Source: an uncultured Alphaproteobacteria bacterium
Lineage (GTDB): Bacteria; Pseudomonadota; Alphaproteobacteria; Rs-D84; CACZYB01
Length of the DNA stretch: 32,000 bases
Direction: 5' to 3'
Assembly: GCA_934246625.1 (NCBI GenBank)
Contig: CAKQHZ010000001.1
Span: forward strand, 420,001-452,000
Numbering within the stretch: the first letter of the stretch is position 1; every line of letters starts with the position of its first letter. Both the position numbers and the translations under genes were made by a program. The notes under the pieces are model-generated. The model was given only the letters and a program-made list of their open reading frames with translations, made no database searches and was not told the origin of the DNA. Positions 23,399-32,000 of the stretch are shown here, in pieces.

Positions 23399-23421
23399 AA
23401 AAAAAGGCTCTTGTTAGAGCC
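23399..23421 (-). terminator. Rho-independent terminator of tig
   Basis: GGCTCT/AGAGCC stem with loop TGTT. On the minus strand it is followed by T7. Confidence 0.7.
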
Positions 23422-23427
23422 CTTTGT

Positions 23428-24729
23428 TTATTTTTTTACTTTGGTAAATTCTTCAGGTTTTACTTCGCGTTCCTTTGTTTTTACCTTTGAAAGCATTATA
23501 TCCAAAACCTTGTCTTCAAAGATTCCAGCACGGATTGCTTCGGTTGCAGATGGATTTTTTTGATAGTATTCAAAAATTTGACCTGCTTGGGTTGGATATT
23601 TCATTGCTTCGCCCATAATTGCTTGTTGAACATCGTTTTGTGATATTTCAACTTTTTCCTTTTTACCAATGTCAGCAAGGATAAGACCAAGTTTTACACG
23701 GCTTTCTGCTTGCTTTTTTAATTCTTCTTTTTTCTTCTTTTCTGCCTTTTCATCAAGTTTTTCAGATGAAGAATGTTGGAATTGATGGAACATATATTCT
23801 GTTTCTTGATTTACAAGAGATTCAGGAAGTTCAATCTTTTCATCAGCAAGTTTATCAAGAAGTTCATCTTTCATTTGAGCTTTTGATGAGTTTTCATAAT
23901 TTTGTTCAAGTAATTCTTTTACATAAGATTTTAGGTCTGCTAAATCTTTTCTTTTAAGTTCAACAGCAAATGCGTCATCGATAGCAGGTATTTTCTTTTC
24001 CTTTATATCGTTAAGTTTTACTTTGAATACAACTGGTTTTCCAGCAAGTGTTGCATGGCCGTAATCCTTTGGGAAACTTACGTTAACATCAAATTCATCA
24101 CCCTTTGAATGACCGATAATTTGATCTTCGAATCCAGGGATAAATGTGTTTGAGCCAAGTTCAAGAGGGTAATTTTCACCCTTGCCACCTTCGAATGCTT
24201 TACCATTATCAAAGCCTTCAAAATCGATAACAGCTATATCACCAGATTTAATTTTTCTAGCTTCTGAAATTGATTCAGTTGTAAATCTTGATTTTGCGAT
24301 GTTTTCGATTGCTTCGTTAATTTCCTTATCTGTTGCCTTTGCAACCTTTTTTTCAAGAGTGATTTTTGAAAAATCAATATCCTTTATTATTGGAAGGATT
24401 TCAAAATCACAAGAGAATTTTAATGGTTCGTTGCGAACAAAGCTGTCAACTTTTACATTTGGTTGTGTTGCTGGTGTAATATCATGTTCTTTGCAGTATG
24501 AAGATAAAGTGTCGTTTATTAAAGAATTGATAACATCACCAATGAAATGACCTTCGTATTTTTGTTTGATTACTTCCATAGGAACATGTCCAGGACGGAA
24601 ACCCTTTTCCTTATGTGTTTTTGCAAATTCAGTTAATTGTTCGTTTAATTTTTTTTCAAATTCATCAACTGGAATTTCAAAAGATAATTCGTATTTAATT
24701 CCTTTAACTTTTTCTTTTGTTGCTTGCAT
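23428..24729 (-). CDS. tig: Trigger factor
   Basis: 433 aa. N-terminal ribosome-binding GFRPGHVP motif, and a central FKBP-like domain GDIAVIDFEGF.NGKAFEGG...FIPGFEDQIIGH. Confidence 0.92.
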   Translation of the reverse strand: MQATKEKVKGIKYELSFEIPVDEFEKKLNEQLTEFAKTHKEKGFRPGHVPMEVIKQKYEGHFIGDVINSLINDTLSSYCKEHDITPATQPNVKVDSFVRNEPLKFSCDFEILPIIKDIDFSKITLEKKVAKATDKEINEAIENIAKSRFTTESISEARKIKSGDIAVIDFEGFDNGKAFEGGKGENYPLELGSNTFIPGFEDQIIGHSKGDEFDVNVSFPKDYGHATLAGKPVVFKVKLNDIKEKKIPAIDDAFAVELKRKDLADLKSYVKELLEQNYENSSKAQMKDELLDKLADEKIELPESLVNQETEYMFHQFQHSSSEKLDEKAEKKKKEELKKQAESRVKLGLILADIGKKEKVEISQNDVQQAIMGEAMKYPTQAGQIFEYYQKNPSATEAIRAGIFEDKVLDIMLSKVKTKEREVKPEEFTKVKK

Positions 24730-24759
24730 TTTTTTTCCTTAGATTTTTAAGAGTTTGTT

Positions 24760-24844
<85 letters not shown>

Positions 24845-24950
24845 AAATTGTTATAAATCTTGTATATTTATAGCATAAAAAAAAAATAAATCCATAAAAA
24901 ATTTAAAATTTTGAAAAAAGTATGATATACTTCTTATTATGGAGGAAAAA

Positions 24951-25424
24951 ATGAAAAAACTTTTGGTTTTATTTATGTTGCTTAGTTTTAATGTTTTTGC
25001 GGGGGAACAACGTTTTTCAGGTGATGTCTTACCGCGATTTATGGCATTAAAGGCAAATAAAATAAATGCCAGAGTCGGTCCAAATGTGATGTATCCTGTA
25101 AAATATGTTTATACAAAGAAATTTTTGCCTGTGGTTGTAATAAATGAATATTATGGTTGGTATCAAATAAAAGATATGAATGGTGATTTGTCATGGGTGT
25201 ATAAAAGCTATTTAACATCAAAACCGTATGCAATGACACAAAAAGATGGCGTTTATTTGTATGAAAAACCAAAAATGACAGCCGATATTTTGGCAAAGGT
25301 TAATAAGGGTATAATTTTTTCTGTGGATAAGTGCAAAGATAATTTTTGCGAAGTGAAAACAAGTTATATGGGAAACGTTTTTGAAGGCTATATTTTGGAA
25401 GATGAACTTTATGGTATAAATTAA
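24951..25424 (+). CDS. Secreted SH3-like (DUF1058-type) domain protein
   Basis: GGAGGA SD 4 nt before ATG 24951. Signal peptide MKKLLVLFMLLSFNVFA. LPRFMALKANKINARVGPN..YPV..VY.....PV.VI.E...W..I.D..G...WV is typical of the alphaproteobacterial DUF1058 SH3 family. Confidence 0.7.
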   Translation: MKKLLVLFMLLSFNVFAGEQRFSGDVLPRFMALKANKINARVGPNVMYPVKYVYTKKFLPVVVINEYYGWYQIKDMNGDLSWVYKSYLTSKPYAMTQKDGVYLYEKPKMTADILAKVNKGIIFSVDKCKDNFCEVKTSYMGNVFEGYILEDELYGIN

Positions 25425-25431
25425 AGGAAGT

Positions 25432-25464
25432 AAAAAAAAGAGGTAGAAAAAACTACCTCTTTTT
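25432..25464. terminator. Bidirectional terminator between the SH3 gene and tsf
   Basis: A8, GAGGTAG(25440-25446)/CTACCTC(25453-25459), then T5. Confidence 0.7.
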
Positions 25465-25482
25465 AATTTAAAGAAATTTGAA

Positions 25483-26358
25483 TTAACATTCTTCTTTCTT
25501 TGTAACGCCTTCACCAACTGCAAAACGAACAAATTTTACAATCTTTGCATCAGAAGATATTGATTTAACAACATCTTTGATTTTCTTTGAAGGTTCCATA
25601 AAGAATGCTTGTTCATTTAAAACAACTTCTTCGTAGTATTTGTTGATTCTTCCGTTAATCATCTTTTCAACAATTTCAGCTGGCTTTCCTGATTGAAGAG
25701 CTGTGTCTCTGAATATTGCCTTTTCACGTTCAAGTGATGCTTCATCAACATTTTCAATGTTTAAGAATGAAGGTGCAGCAGCAGCAATGTGCATTGCTAT
25801 TGTATCACCAACTTCAACGATTTTTGCTTTATCAGCAGATGATTCGATACCAACAAGCACAGCAATCATACCCATACCTTCTGCAACACGGTTGTGAATG
25901 TATGAAATTACTGCACCGTTTTCAACTTTTATAACATCAGAACGACGAATGTTTAAGTTTTCACCTATTGTTGCGATTTCATTTGCTAATGCTTCGCTTA
26001 CTGGCATACCATCGATTGATGCTGATTTGATTTGGTCAATATCACCATCTTTTTCAAATGCTACATCAGCAACCTTTTTAACAAATGTTTGGAATTTTTC
26101 GTTTCTTGCAACAAAGTCAGTTTCAGAATTTACTTCTACTACTATACCCTTTGTGCCTTCAACTTTGGCTGCAACAACACCTGCTGCTGCTTCTCTATCG
26201 CCCTTTTTTGCTGCTTTTGATAAACCTTTTTTTCTTAGGATATCAATAGCTGCTTCGATATCACCATTTGCTTCAACAAGTGCCTTTTTACAATCCATCA
26301 TACCAGCACTAGTTCTGTCTCTTAATTCTTTTACTAAACTAGCTGTAATTTCTGCCAT
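25483..26358 (-). CDS. tsf: Elongation factor Ts
   Basis: The track ORF is trimmed to ATG 26358, giving MAEITASLVKELRDRTSAGMMDCKKALVEANGDIEAAIDILRKKG (canonical EF-Ts N-terminus). A GGAGG SD lies inside the rpsB 3' end, and the start is 1 nt after the rpsB stop. Confidence 0.92.
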   Translation of the reverse strand: MAEITASLVKELRDRTSAGMMDCKKALVEANGDIEAAIDILRKKGLSKAAKKGDREAAAGVVAAKVEGTKGIVVEVNSETDFVARNEKFQTFVKKVADVAFEKDGDIDQIKSASIDGMPVSEALANEIATIGENLNIRRSDVIKVENGAVISYIHNRVAEGMGMIAVLVGIESSADKAKIVEVGDTIAMHIAAAAPSFLNIENVDEASLEREKAIFRDTALQSGKPAEIVEKMINGRINKYYEEVVLNEQAFFMEPSKKIKDVVKSISSDAKIVKFVRFAVGEGVTKKEEC

Positions 26359-26359
26359 A

Positions 26360-27118
26360 TTATGCCTCCTTTTTAACTTCAACTTTTGGGTTAAGTGCTG
26401 AACCAAGGTCTGCACCAGAATTTTTAAGTTGTTCTTCAAGTCCATCAAGTATTGCTTTTACAGCCAAATCACAGTAAAGTTTGATTGCCTTTATAGCATC
26501 ATCGTTTCCTGGGATTGGGTAGTTTACATTTGATGGGTCAGAATTTGTATCACAGATTGCAACAACTGGAATATCAAGTTTGTTTGCTTCTGTAATAGCT
26601 AAGTCTTCTTTTGATGCATCAATAACAAATATTATATCAGGAGCACCGTTCATATCGATAACACCGCCAAGAACTGCTTGTAATTTTTTGTGTTCAAGTT
26701 CCATCTTTGCGATTTCTTTTTTTGTGAAACCAAGATTTTCAGCGTTAGCAATATCTGCTTCTAATTTTTTAAGTTTTTTGATTGAGTTTACAACAGTTTT
26801 CCAGTTTGTAAGCATACCACCCAACCAACGTGTGTTGATGTAGTATTGTCCGCACATTTCAGCTGATTCTTTTACAATGTCTTGAGCTTGTCTTTTTGTG
26901 CCTACGAATAAGATTTTTCCGCCGTTTGCAGCAGTATTTCTTAATGCAGTAAGACCAGCATGAAGCATTGGAACTGTTTTTTGTAAATCAATAATGTGAA
27001 TCTTATCTTTTACACCAAAGATGTATGATGCCATTTTTGGGTTCCAACGACGTGTGTGGTGACCAAAGTGGCAACCTGCTTCGATAAGTTCTTTCATTGT
27101 AAATTTAGGGAATGTCAT
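26360..27118 (-). CDS. rpsB: 30S ribosomal protein S2
   Basis: 252 aa. LIEAGCHFGHHTRRWNPKM, KILFVGTKRQA, RWLGGMLTNW, AITEANKLDIPVVAICDTNSDP. Confidence 0.95.
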   Translation of the reverse strand: MTFPKFTMKELIEAGCHFGHHTRRWNPKMASYIFGVKDKIHIIDLQKTVPMLHAGLTALRNTAANGGKILFVGTKRQAQDIVKESAEMCGQYYINTRWLGGMLTNWKTVVNSIKKLKKLEADIANAENLGFTKKEIAKMELEHKKLQAVLGGVIDMNGAPDIIFVIDASKEDLAITEANKLDIPVVAICDTNSDPSNVNYPIPGNDDAIKAIKLYCDLAVKAILDGLEEQLKNSGADLGSALNPKVEVKKEA

Positions 27119-27154
27119 TTTTGTATCCTTTCATTTTTTATTAGTTATCCCTCT

Positions 27155-27217
27155 ATTCAACAAACCGATTCTTCGGACTAAAAGGCAATTTCAAAGGGAA
27201 AAAACCTTGTGTTGAAT
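27155..27217 (-). promoter_or_regulatory. Structured element in the rpsB-tsf 5' leader
   Basis: An 8-bp closing helix ATTCAACA(27155-27162)/TGTTGAAT(27210-27217) encloses a CCGA-TTCT-TCGG hairpin (27165-27176) and an AAGG...CCTT pairing. It ends 36 nt upstream of the rpsB ATG. A possible promoter is TTGACT (27286-27281), 17 nt, TATTTT (27263-27258). Confidence 0.3.
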
Positions 27218-27305
27218 ATGTGTATTTATCTTTACTTTTTCAAATAAAGACCTTTGAAAAATAGCTTTTTTTATAAAAAAAGTCAAGTGAAATCATTAAA
27301 AATGC

Positions 27306-27334
27306 TTGCAATTTTAAAATTTTTGGGATATAAA
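27306..27334 (+). promoter_or_regulatory. Putative sigma70 promoter of tRNA-His
   Basis: TTGCAA (27306-27311), 17 nt, TATAAA (27329-27334). The tRNA begins 20 nt downstream. Confidence 0.35.
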
Positions 27335-27353
27335 TCTTTACATCTTTTATGAT

Positions 27354-27431
27354 GGCGAATGTAGCTCAGTTGGTTAGAGCGCCAGTTTGTGGTACTGGAT
27401 GCCGCCAGTTCGAATCTGGTCATTCGCCCCA
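27354..27431 (+). tRNA. tRNA-His (anticodon GUG) with encoded G-1 and CCA
   Basis: G GCGAATG TA GCTC AGTTGGTTA GAGC G CCAGT TTGTGGT ACTGG ATGCC GCCAG TTCGAAT CTGGT CATTCGC C CCA. An extra 5' G opposite C73 is the His identity element. Confidence 0.92.
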
Positions 27432-27479
27432 TTTCTTTGATTTTTCAATAAATTGTTGTTCGTGTTTAGGGATTAAAAA

Positions 27480-27507
27480 ATCCCCGTATGAAACGAGGAT
27501 TCTTTTT
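27480..27507. terminator. Hairpin terminator between tRNA-His and ileS
   Basis: ATCC(C)CG...CG(A)GGAT imperfect stem followed by TCTTTTTT. There is an A-run on the other side for the convergent ileS. Confidence 0.5.
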
Positions 27508-27524
27508 TGGTTTATTTCTTAATC

Positions 27525-30500
27525 TTAAACTTTCTTTATATCGAAACTTAAGTCTGTGTTATCAACTTTTGAAGTAAGGGCAGATTGTGCCAATGTAATT
27601 TTTGTTGATAAAACAGTTGAGGCAATTTCATTTTCATAAAGTTTTATGCCGTCAATGATTGACTTTGTTTCTGTGTAATATGAAAGTTCAATTCTGTCAG
27701 AAACGTTAAGATTTCTGGATTTTCTTTCTTCTTGAATTGAGCGAATGAAATCGCGGATAATACCTTCGGTTTCAAGGGCTGGTGTTAATTGAGTATCAAG
27801 AAGAACAACCGCAGAATTATCTGATGTTGCCTTGCCCTTTATATCGCCAAGGATTTCAACACGAATTTCAAATTCATTTGGTGAAAGTTCATATCCAGCA
27901 ATTTTACAGATACCATTTTCGATTGTGTAATCGTTTGCCTTTGATGCCTTTTGTATATCTGCAAGTGCACGACCTAAACGTTTTCCAACGATAGGAGTAT
28001 AGATATACAAGAGCTTTTTAGCATATTTATCAATATCCAATGTGAAGTGAACTTCCTTTACATTTGATTCTGATTTAATGATTTCTGTGTATGGTTTTAG
28101 GATTTCAGCCTTTGGTGATGCTATGGTCATAGATTGCAAAGGTTGACGATTACGGATACCAACATCTTCACGTATATTTTTACCAGCAGAGCAAACGTCT
28201 TGGACCATATCCATTGCTTCGATAAGTTTTGTATCGATGTTTTTGTTTGCCTTTGGATATAAATCTAAGTGAATTGATAGTTCGCCAGTTAGGTTTTTGA
28301 ATATAAATTCTGTGGTAAATGGCATAAGTGGTGCCATAATTTTACACAAATCAATCAATACAGAATAAAGTGTATTGAATGCCTTTTGTTGAGTTTGTTT
28401 ATCAACACTGGTGCCCCAGAATCTTTCACGGCTTTGGCGAATATACCAGTTGTTTAGAATATCAAGGAACTTTTCAACTTTGCCACAGAATGTTGCAATG
28501 TCGTATTTATCAAGATATGTGCTTGCATTTTCCTTTAATTCATCAAGTTTTGCAATAATGTATCTGTCCATAATGTTGTCAGATGAAAGGTCGTAAGTTG
28601 CCTTTATTCCATCGGCATTTGCATATAGTGTAAAGAAGTGATATGCGTTGTAAAGTGGAATTTGTGATTTACGAGCAGTTGCAGAAACTTCAGTTCCTTC
28701 CTTTGATATTTTTGCAATTTCACCACGAAGAAGAGGTGATGAAAGTAATAACCAACGGAAAGCATCAGAGCCGTATTTATTGAAGAATTCTGTTGGTTCG
28801 GCATAGTTGCCAAGTTTTTTTGAAAGTTTTCTTCCTTGTTCATCAAACACAAAACCAGAGCATACACAAGTTTTAAATGGTGCTTTGTCAAATAAAGCTA
28901 CACCCATTACAACAAGTGTATAGAACCAACCACGGGTTTGGTCGGTTGCTTCGGTAATGAAGTCAGCAGGGAAATTTTTTTCGAACCAATCCTTGTTTTC
29001 AAATGGATAATGGCATGATGCAAATGGCATACTTCCACTTTCGAACCAGCAATCAAATACATCTGGAACACGACGCATCATTGATTTTCCAGTTGGGTCA
29101 TCAGGATTTTTGTAGACAATTTTATCAATATGTGGACGATGTAGGTCAACAACTTTCATACCGCTGGCTTTTTCAATTTCAGCGATTGAACCAAATACAT
29201 CAATTCTTGGATATTCTGGATTATCAGATTTCCATACAGGAATAGGTGCACCCCAGAAACGATTTCGTGAAATTGACCAATCTCTTGCTCCTTCAAGCCA
29301 TTTACCAAAACGACCATTTTTTATATGTTCAGGTATCCATGTTATTGTTTGGTTGGCTTTGATTAGTTTATCCTTTATTTGTGATACGCGAACGAACCAA
29401 GAGCTCATTGCCTTATATATAAGAGGTTTATCAGTTCTCCAACAAAATGGATATGAGTGAACAAGTTGGTCCTTTTTGAAAAGTTTTCCTTCGACTTTTA
29501 ATCGTGCAAGTATATCGTTGTTTGTATCGAAAACTTGTTTTCCTTCGAAATCCTTTACTTCACAATTAAAGCAACCTGTTGAATCAATAGGGCAAAGGAT
29601 AGGGAAGTTTGGGTTATAGCTTTTGCATAGGTTAAAGTCGTCTTCACCAAAACCTGGTGCAATGTGAACAACACCAGTTCCATCTTCGGTTGAAACAAAA
29701 TCACCATTTAGGACTTGGAATGCATTATATTCATCACGATATTTTTCAAAATATGGGAAAAGTGGTTTATAGTGAATACCCTTTAATTCTGAACCCATTA
29801 TTTTGCCGATTTCAGTTGCACCTTCAAGTTCTTTTTTATATGCAGGGATACGAGCGGTTGCAAGAGTAAGTTTTTCACTATCTTTTTCAAAGATTGTATA
29901 TTCAATGTTTGCACCTGTAGCAAGCATTAAGTTTGATGGAAGTGTCCATGGGGTTGTTGTCCATACAAGCAATGTAAGTCCGTTTTCAAGAGCAAATTTT
30001 ACAGTTGCAGTTGTGTCGGTTTTGTCTTGATATGCTTGATTTACTTCAAAATTTGATAATGGTGTTTCAGCAGCCCAAGAATATGGAAGAATACGGAAAT
30101 CTTCGTAAAGAAGTCCCTTTTCATATAGGGTTTTAAATGCCCACATAATACTTTCTGAATATTCCTTGTCCATAGTTTTATATGCGTTTTCCATATCAAC
30201 CCAACGGCCAAGGCGGTTTATGATACCTTTCCAATCATTTGCATAAGTTAAAACATCAATACGGCATTTGTCAGTAAATTTATCAACACCATATTCTTCT
30301 ATGGCTTTTTTACCAGAAATACCAAGTTCCTTTTCCGTTTTAAGTTCAGGAGGTAGTCCATGACAATCCCAACCCCAACGGCGGTTGACCTTTTTGCCCT
30401 TCATTGTTTGATAACGAGCAACGGTATCCTTTGTAAAACTTTGTAAAACATGACCATAGTGAGGAAGTCCATTTGCAAATGGAGGACCATCATAGAATAC

Positions 30501-30638
30501 AAATTCGTTCTTTTCATCACGTTCGTCAACAGAGCGTTCGAAAATCTTTTCCTTATTCCAAAAGGCAAGAATCTTTTCCTCTATTTCAGGAAAATTGGGT
30601 TTTGTTGTGGTTTCTGGATAAATATTTTTACTTGACAT
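27525..30638 (-). CDS. ileS: Isoleucine--tRNA ligase, type 2 (eukaryote-like)
   Basis: 1037 aa. FYDGPPFANGLPHYGHVL (HIGH region), the CP1 editing region, KLSKKLGN (KMSKS). There is no C-terminal Cys-cluster zinc finger. Confidence 0.92.
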   Translation of the reverse strand: MSSKNIYPETTTKPNFPEIEEKILAFWNKEKIFERSVDERDEKNEFVFYDGPPFANGLPHYGHVLQSFTKDTVARYQTMKGKKVNRRWGWDCHGLPPELKTEKELGISGKKAIEEYGVDKFTDKCRIDVLTYANDWKGIINRLGRWVDMENAYKTMDKEYSESIMWAFKTLYEKGLLYEDFRILPYSWAAETPLSNFEVNQAYQDKTDTTATVKFALENGLTLLVWTTTPWTLPSNLMLATGANIEYTIFEKDSEKLTLATARIPAYKKELEGATEIGKIMGSELKGIHYKPLFPYFEKYRDEYNAFQVLNGDFVSTEDGTGVVHIAPGFGEDDFNLCKSYNPNFPILCPIDSTGCFNCEVKDFEGKQVFDTNNDILARLKVEGKLFKKDQLVHSYPFCWRTDKPLIYKAMSSWFVRVSQIKDKLIKANQTITWIPEHIKNGRFGKWLEGARDWSISRNRFWGAPIPVWKSDNPEYPRIDVFGSIAEIEKASGMKVVDLHRPHIDKIVYKNPDDPTGKSMMRRVPDVFDCWFESGSMPFASCHYPFENKDWFEKNFPADFITEATDQTRGWFYTLVVMGVALFDKAPFKTCVCSGFVFDEQGRKLSKKLGNYAEPTEFFNKYGSDAFRWLLLSSPLLRGEIAKISKEGTEVSATARKSQIPLYNAYHFFTLYANADGIKATYDLSSDNIMDRYIIAKLDELKENASTYLDKYDIATFCGKVEKFLDILNNWYIRQSRERFWGTSVDKQTQQKAFNTLYSVLIDLCKIMAPLMPFTTEFIFKNLTGELSIHLDLYPKANKNIDTKLIEAMDMVQDVCSAGKNIREDVGIRNRQPLQSMTIASPKAEILKPYTEIIKSESNVKEVHFTLDIDKYAKKLLYIYTPIVGKRLGRALADIQKASKANDYTIENGICKIAGYELSPNEFEIRVEILGDIKGKATSDNSAVVLLDTQLTPALETEGIIRDFIRSIQEERKSRNLNVSDRIELSYYTETKSIIDGIKLYENEIASTVLSTKITLAQSALTSKVDNTDLSFDIKKV

Positions 30639-30700
30639 AATTGTTTCCTTTGTTTAAAATGTGTCCGTTTTAATATTTATTATAATAGTAGGATTTAAAA

Positions 30701-31477
30701 ATGAATTCAATAGAAAAAGATAGTTATTTGCGAGAAAAGTTTGCAGGAAAGCCAGTTTCTGAAGTTGAATATTGTGATGAAGAAAAAAATAAACTTGTTA
30801 TTTTTGATTTTGACGAAACTTTGGTTCAAAGTAAAGATATGTTTTTTAATGCGAATAAAAGAGCGATGGAAATTTTAAACCTTCCACATAATGACTATAT
30901 CGTTTCAAATATATTTATTCTTGTAAATAGTGAATATTTAGGTTGGGGAAAGGATTTGAAGGAACAAGGTGAAATTTATGAAAATTTATATGCTCCTTTG
31001 GTGACAAAACTTTCTAATACCGAAGAATTTTTAAATCAAGTTAAGTTTTATAATGTTATGCATTCTGTTATCAAAGAATTGGCAAAATTGAATATTGCTT
31101 TGGCGGTTGCTTCTTCTCGTGATTTATATTCTATACTTTCCGTTTTAAAGCGTGAAGGTGTAAAAGGTTATTTTGATATTATTGAAGCAACTGAGGGTGG
31201 TAAAAATTTCCGTGATAAGCCTGATACTCATATTGTTCAATATATTTCTCAGGAAGTTGGAGTTCCTCTTGAAAAGGCTGTGATGGTTGGTGATTCAAAA
31301 TGTGATATTGAAATGGGAAAATCCGCTGGTATGAAAACAATAGGTGTTGGATTTGGTGCGTTTACAAGTTTGGAAAAAATGAAATCTTGTAGACCTAATG
31401 TTTTGCTTAGTCGTAAGGAAGAATTGAAAGATATTCCTGTTCATATAAAATATTTGTTAAATCAAAAATCAAAATAA
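30701..31477 (+). CDS. HAD-superfamily hydrolase (phosphoglycolate phosphatase-like)
   Basis: 258 aa. Motif I is VIFDFDETLV, motif II is VASSR, and motif III/IV is K....VGDSKCDIEMGKSAGM. Confidence 0.75.
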   Translation: MNSIEKDSYLREKFAGKPVSEVEYCDEEKNKLVIFDFDETLVQSKDMFFNANKRAMEILNLPHNDYIVSNIFILVNSEYLGWGKDLKEQGEIYENLYAPLVTKLSNTEEFLNQVKFYNVMHSVIKELAKLNIALAVASSRDLYSILSVLKREGVKGYFDIIEATEGGKNFRDKPDTHIVQYISQEVGVPLEKAVMVGDSKCDIEMGKSAGMKTIGVGFGAFTSLEKMKSCRPNVLLSRKEELKDIPVHIKYLLNQKSK

Positions 31478-31553
31478 TATTTCATAAAGTTAGTGATATT
31501 TTTTAATTTGATTATATAATAGTCATATAAAATCAATTTAGAGGTCTTTTATT

Positions 31554-32000
31554 ATGAAGTATGATGTTGTTGTGGTTGGTGCTGGACACGCAGGAATTGA
31601 GGCTGGTTCCGCATCTGCTAGATTAGGTCTTAAAACGGCTCTTGTAAGTTTTTCAAAAAATAATATTGGAGAAATGAGTTGCAATCCATCTATTGGTGGA
31701 CTTGGTAAAGGTCATTTGGTAAGAGAAATTGATGCTCTTGATGGTGTTATGGCAAGGGCGATTGATTTTGCAGGGACTCAATTTAGAGTTTTAAATGCTT
31801 CAAAGGGGGCTGCGGTTCAAGGTCCACGTGCACAAGCAGATAGAGAGCTTTATAAAAAGGCCGTTAATTCAATTTTGGCTGAATATAAAACTTTGGATAT
31901 TATAGAAGACGAAGTTATAGAAATTCTTTTTGATGATGATTTTAAAAATGTTAAGGGTGTTGTTTTAAAGTCCGCTGGTGTAATAGAATGTAAATCAGTT
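31554..32000 (+). CDS. mnmG: tRNA uridine 5-carboxymethylaminomethyl modification enzyme MnmG (GidA); N-terminal 149 codons, runs off the window
   Basis: [25 protein letters not shown]...[26 protein letters not shown]...[21 protein letters not shown] is the canonical MnmG N-terminus. It is not in the ORF track because it lacks a stop. Confidence 0.9.
   Translation, partial: MKYDVVVVGAGHAGIEAGSASARLGLKTALVSFSKNNIGEMSCNPSIGGLGKGHLVREIDALDGVMARAIDFAGTQFRVLNASKGAAVQGPRAQADRELYKKAVNSILAEYKTLDIIEDEVIEILFDDDFKNVKGVVLKSAGVIECKSV

Noticed and set aside
25898-26401. 167-aa plus-strand ORF (and 25703-25934, 26032-26220) antisense to tsf
   Set aside because: It lies entirely inside the strongly recognisable tsf gene on the other strand. 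It has low-complexity S/A/F-rich sequence and no SD.
26359-26448. N-terminal 30 codons of track ORF 25483..26448 (tsf)
   Set aside because: The extension overlaps the rpsB 3' end. The canonical EF-Ts N-terminus MAEITASLVKELR starts at 26358 with a GGAGG SD.

Overview
Visibly AT-rich, gene-dense window (~40 genes), almost entirely housekeeping. The gene content points to a reduced alphaproteobacterial chromosome, Rickettsiales/Holosporales-like. This is inferred from a Ros/MucR regulator, a TIGR02300 FYDLN-type zinc ribbon, a DUF1058-type SH3 protein, an isolated virB3-virB4 pair and a type-2 IleRS. Recognisable genes: secF, gatC, uvrD, rsmG-parA-parB with a perfect parS, an hsp20-family gene, lpxL-like/lpxC, ruvC, dnaN, tig, tsf-rpsB, ileS, mnmG (partial), and four tRNAs (Gln-CUG, Gln-UUG, Leu-UAG, His-GUG). 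I see no CRISPR array, transposase, integrase, toxin-antitoxin pair or obvious defence island, and I cannot honestly name a complete novel multi-gene system here. Observations worth a second look: (1) an identical SD-ATG-G6 15-mer at two gene starts, which at virB3 is one G out of frame and creates a 5-codon uORF overlapping the TTG start; (2) an orphan virB3-virB4 pair tightly followed by a secreted HExxH (DUF922-like) protein; (3) a tRNA-Gln 3'-half duplicate split by a 69-nt structured insert; (4) four same-orientation DnaA-box-like 11-mers downstream of parB, plus the parS upstream of parA, as a candidate origin/centromere region; (5) a Ros/MucR homologue that has lost three of four zinc ligands; (6) an unlisted 48-codon secreted-peptide ORF. 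All product calls come from motif recognition by eye and need HMM/BLAST confirmation.
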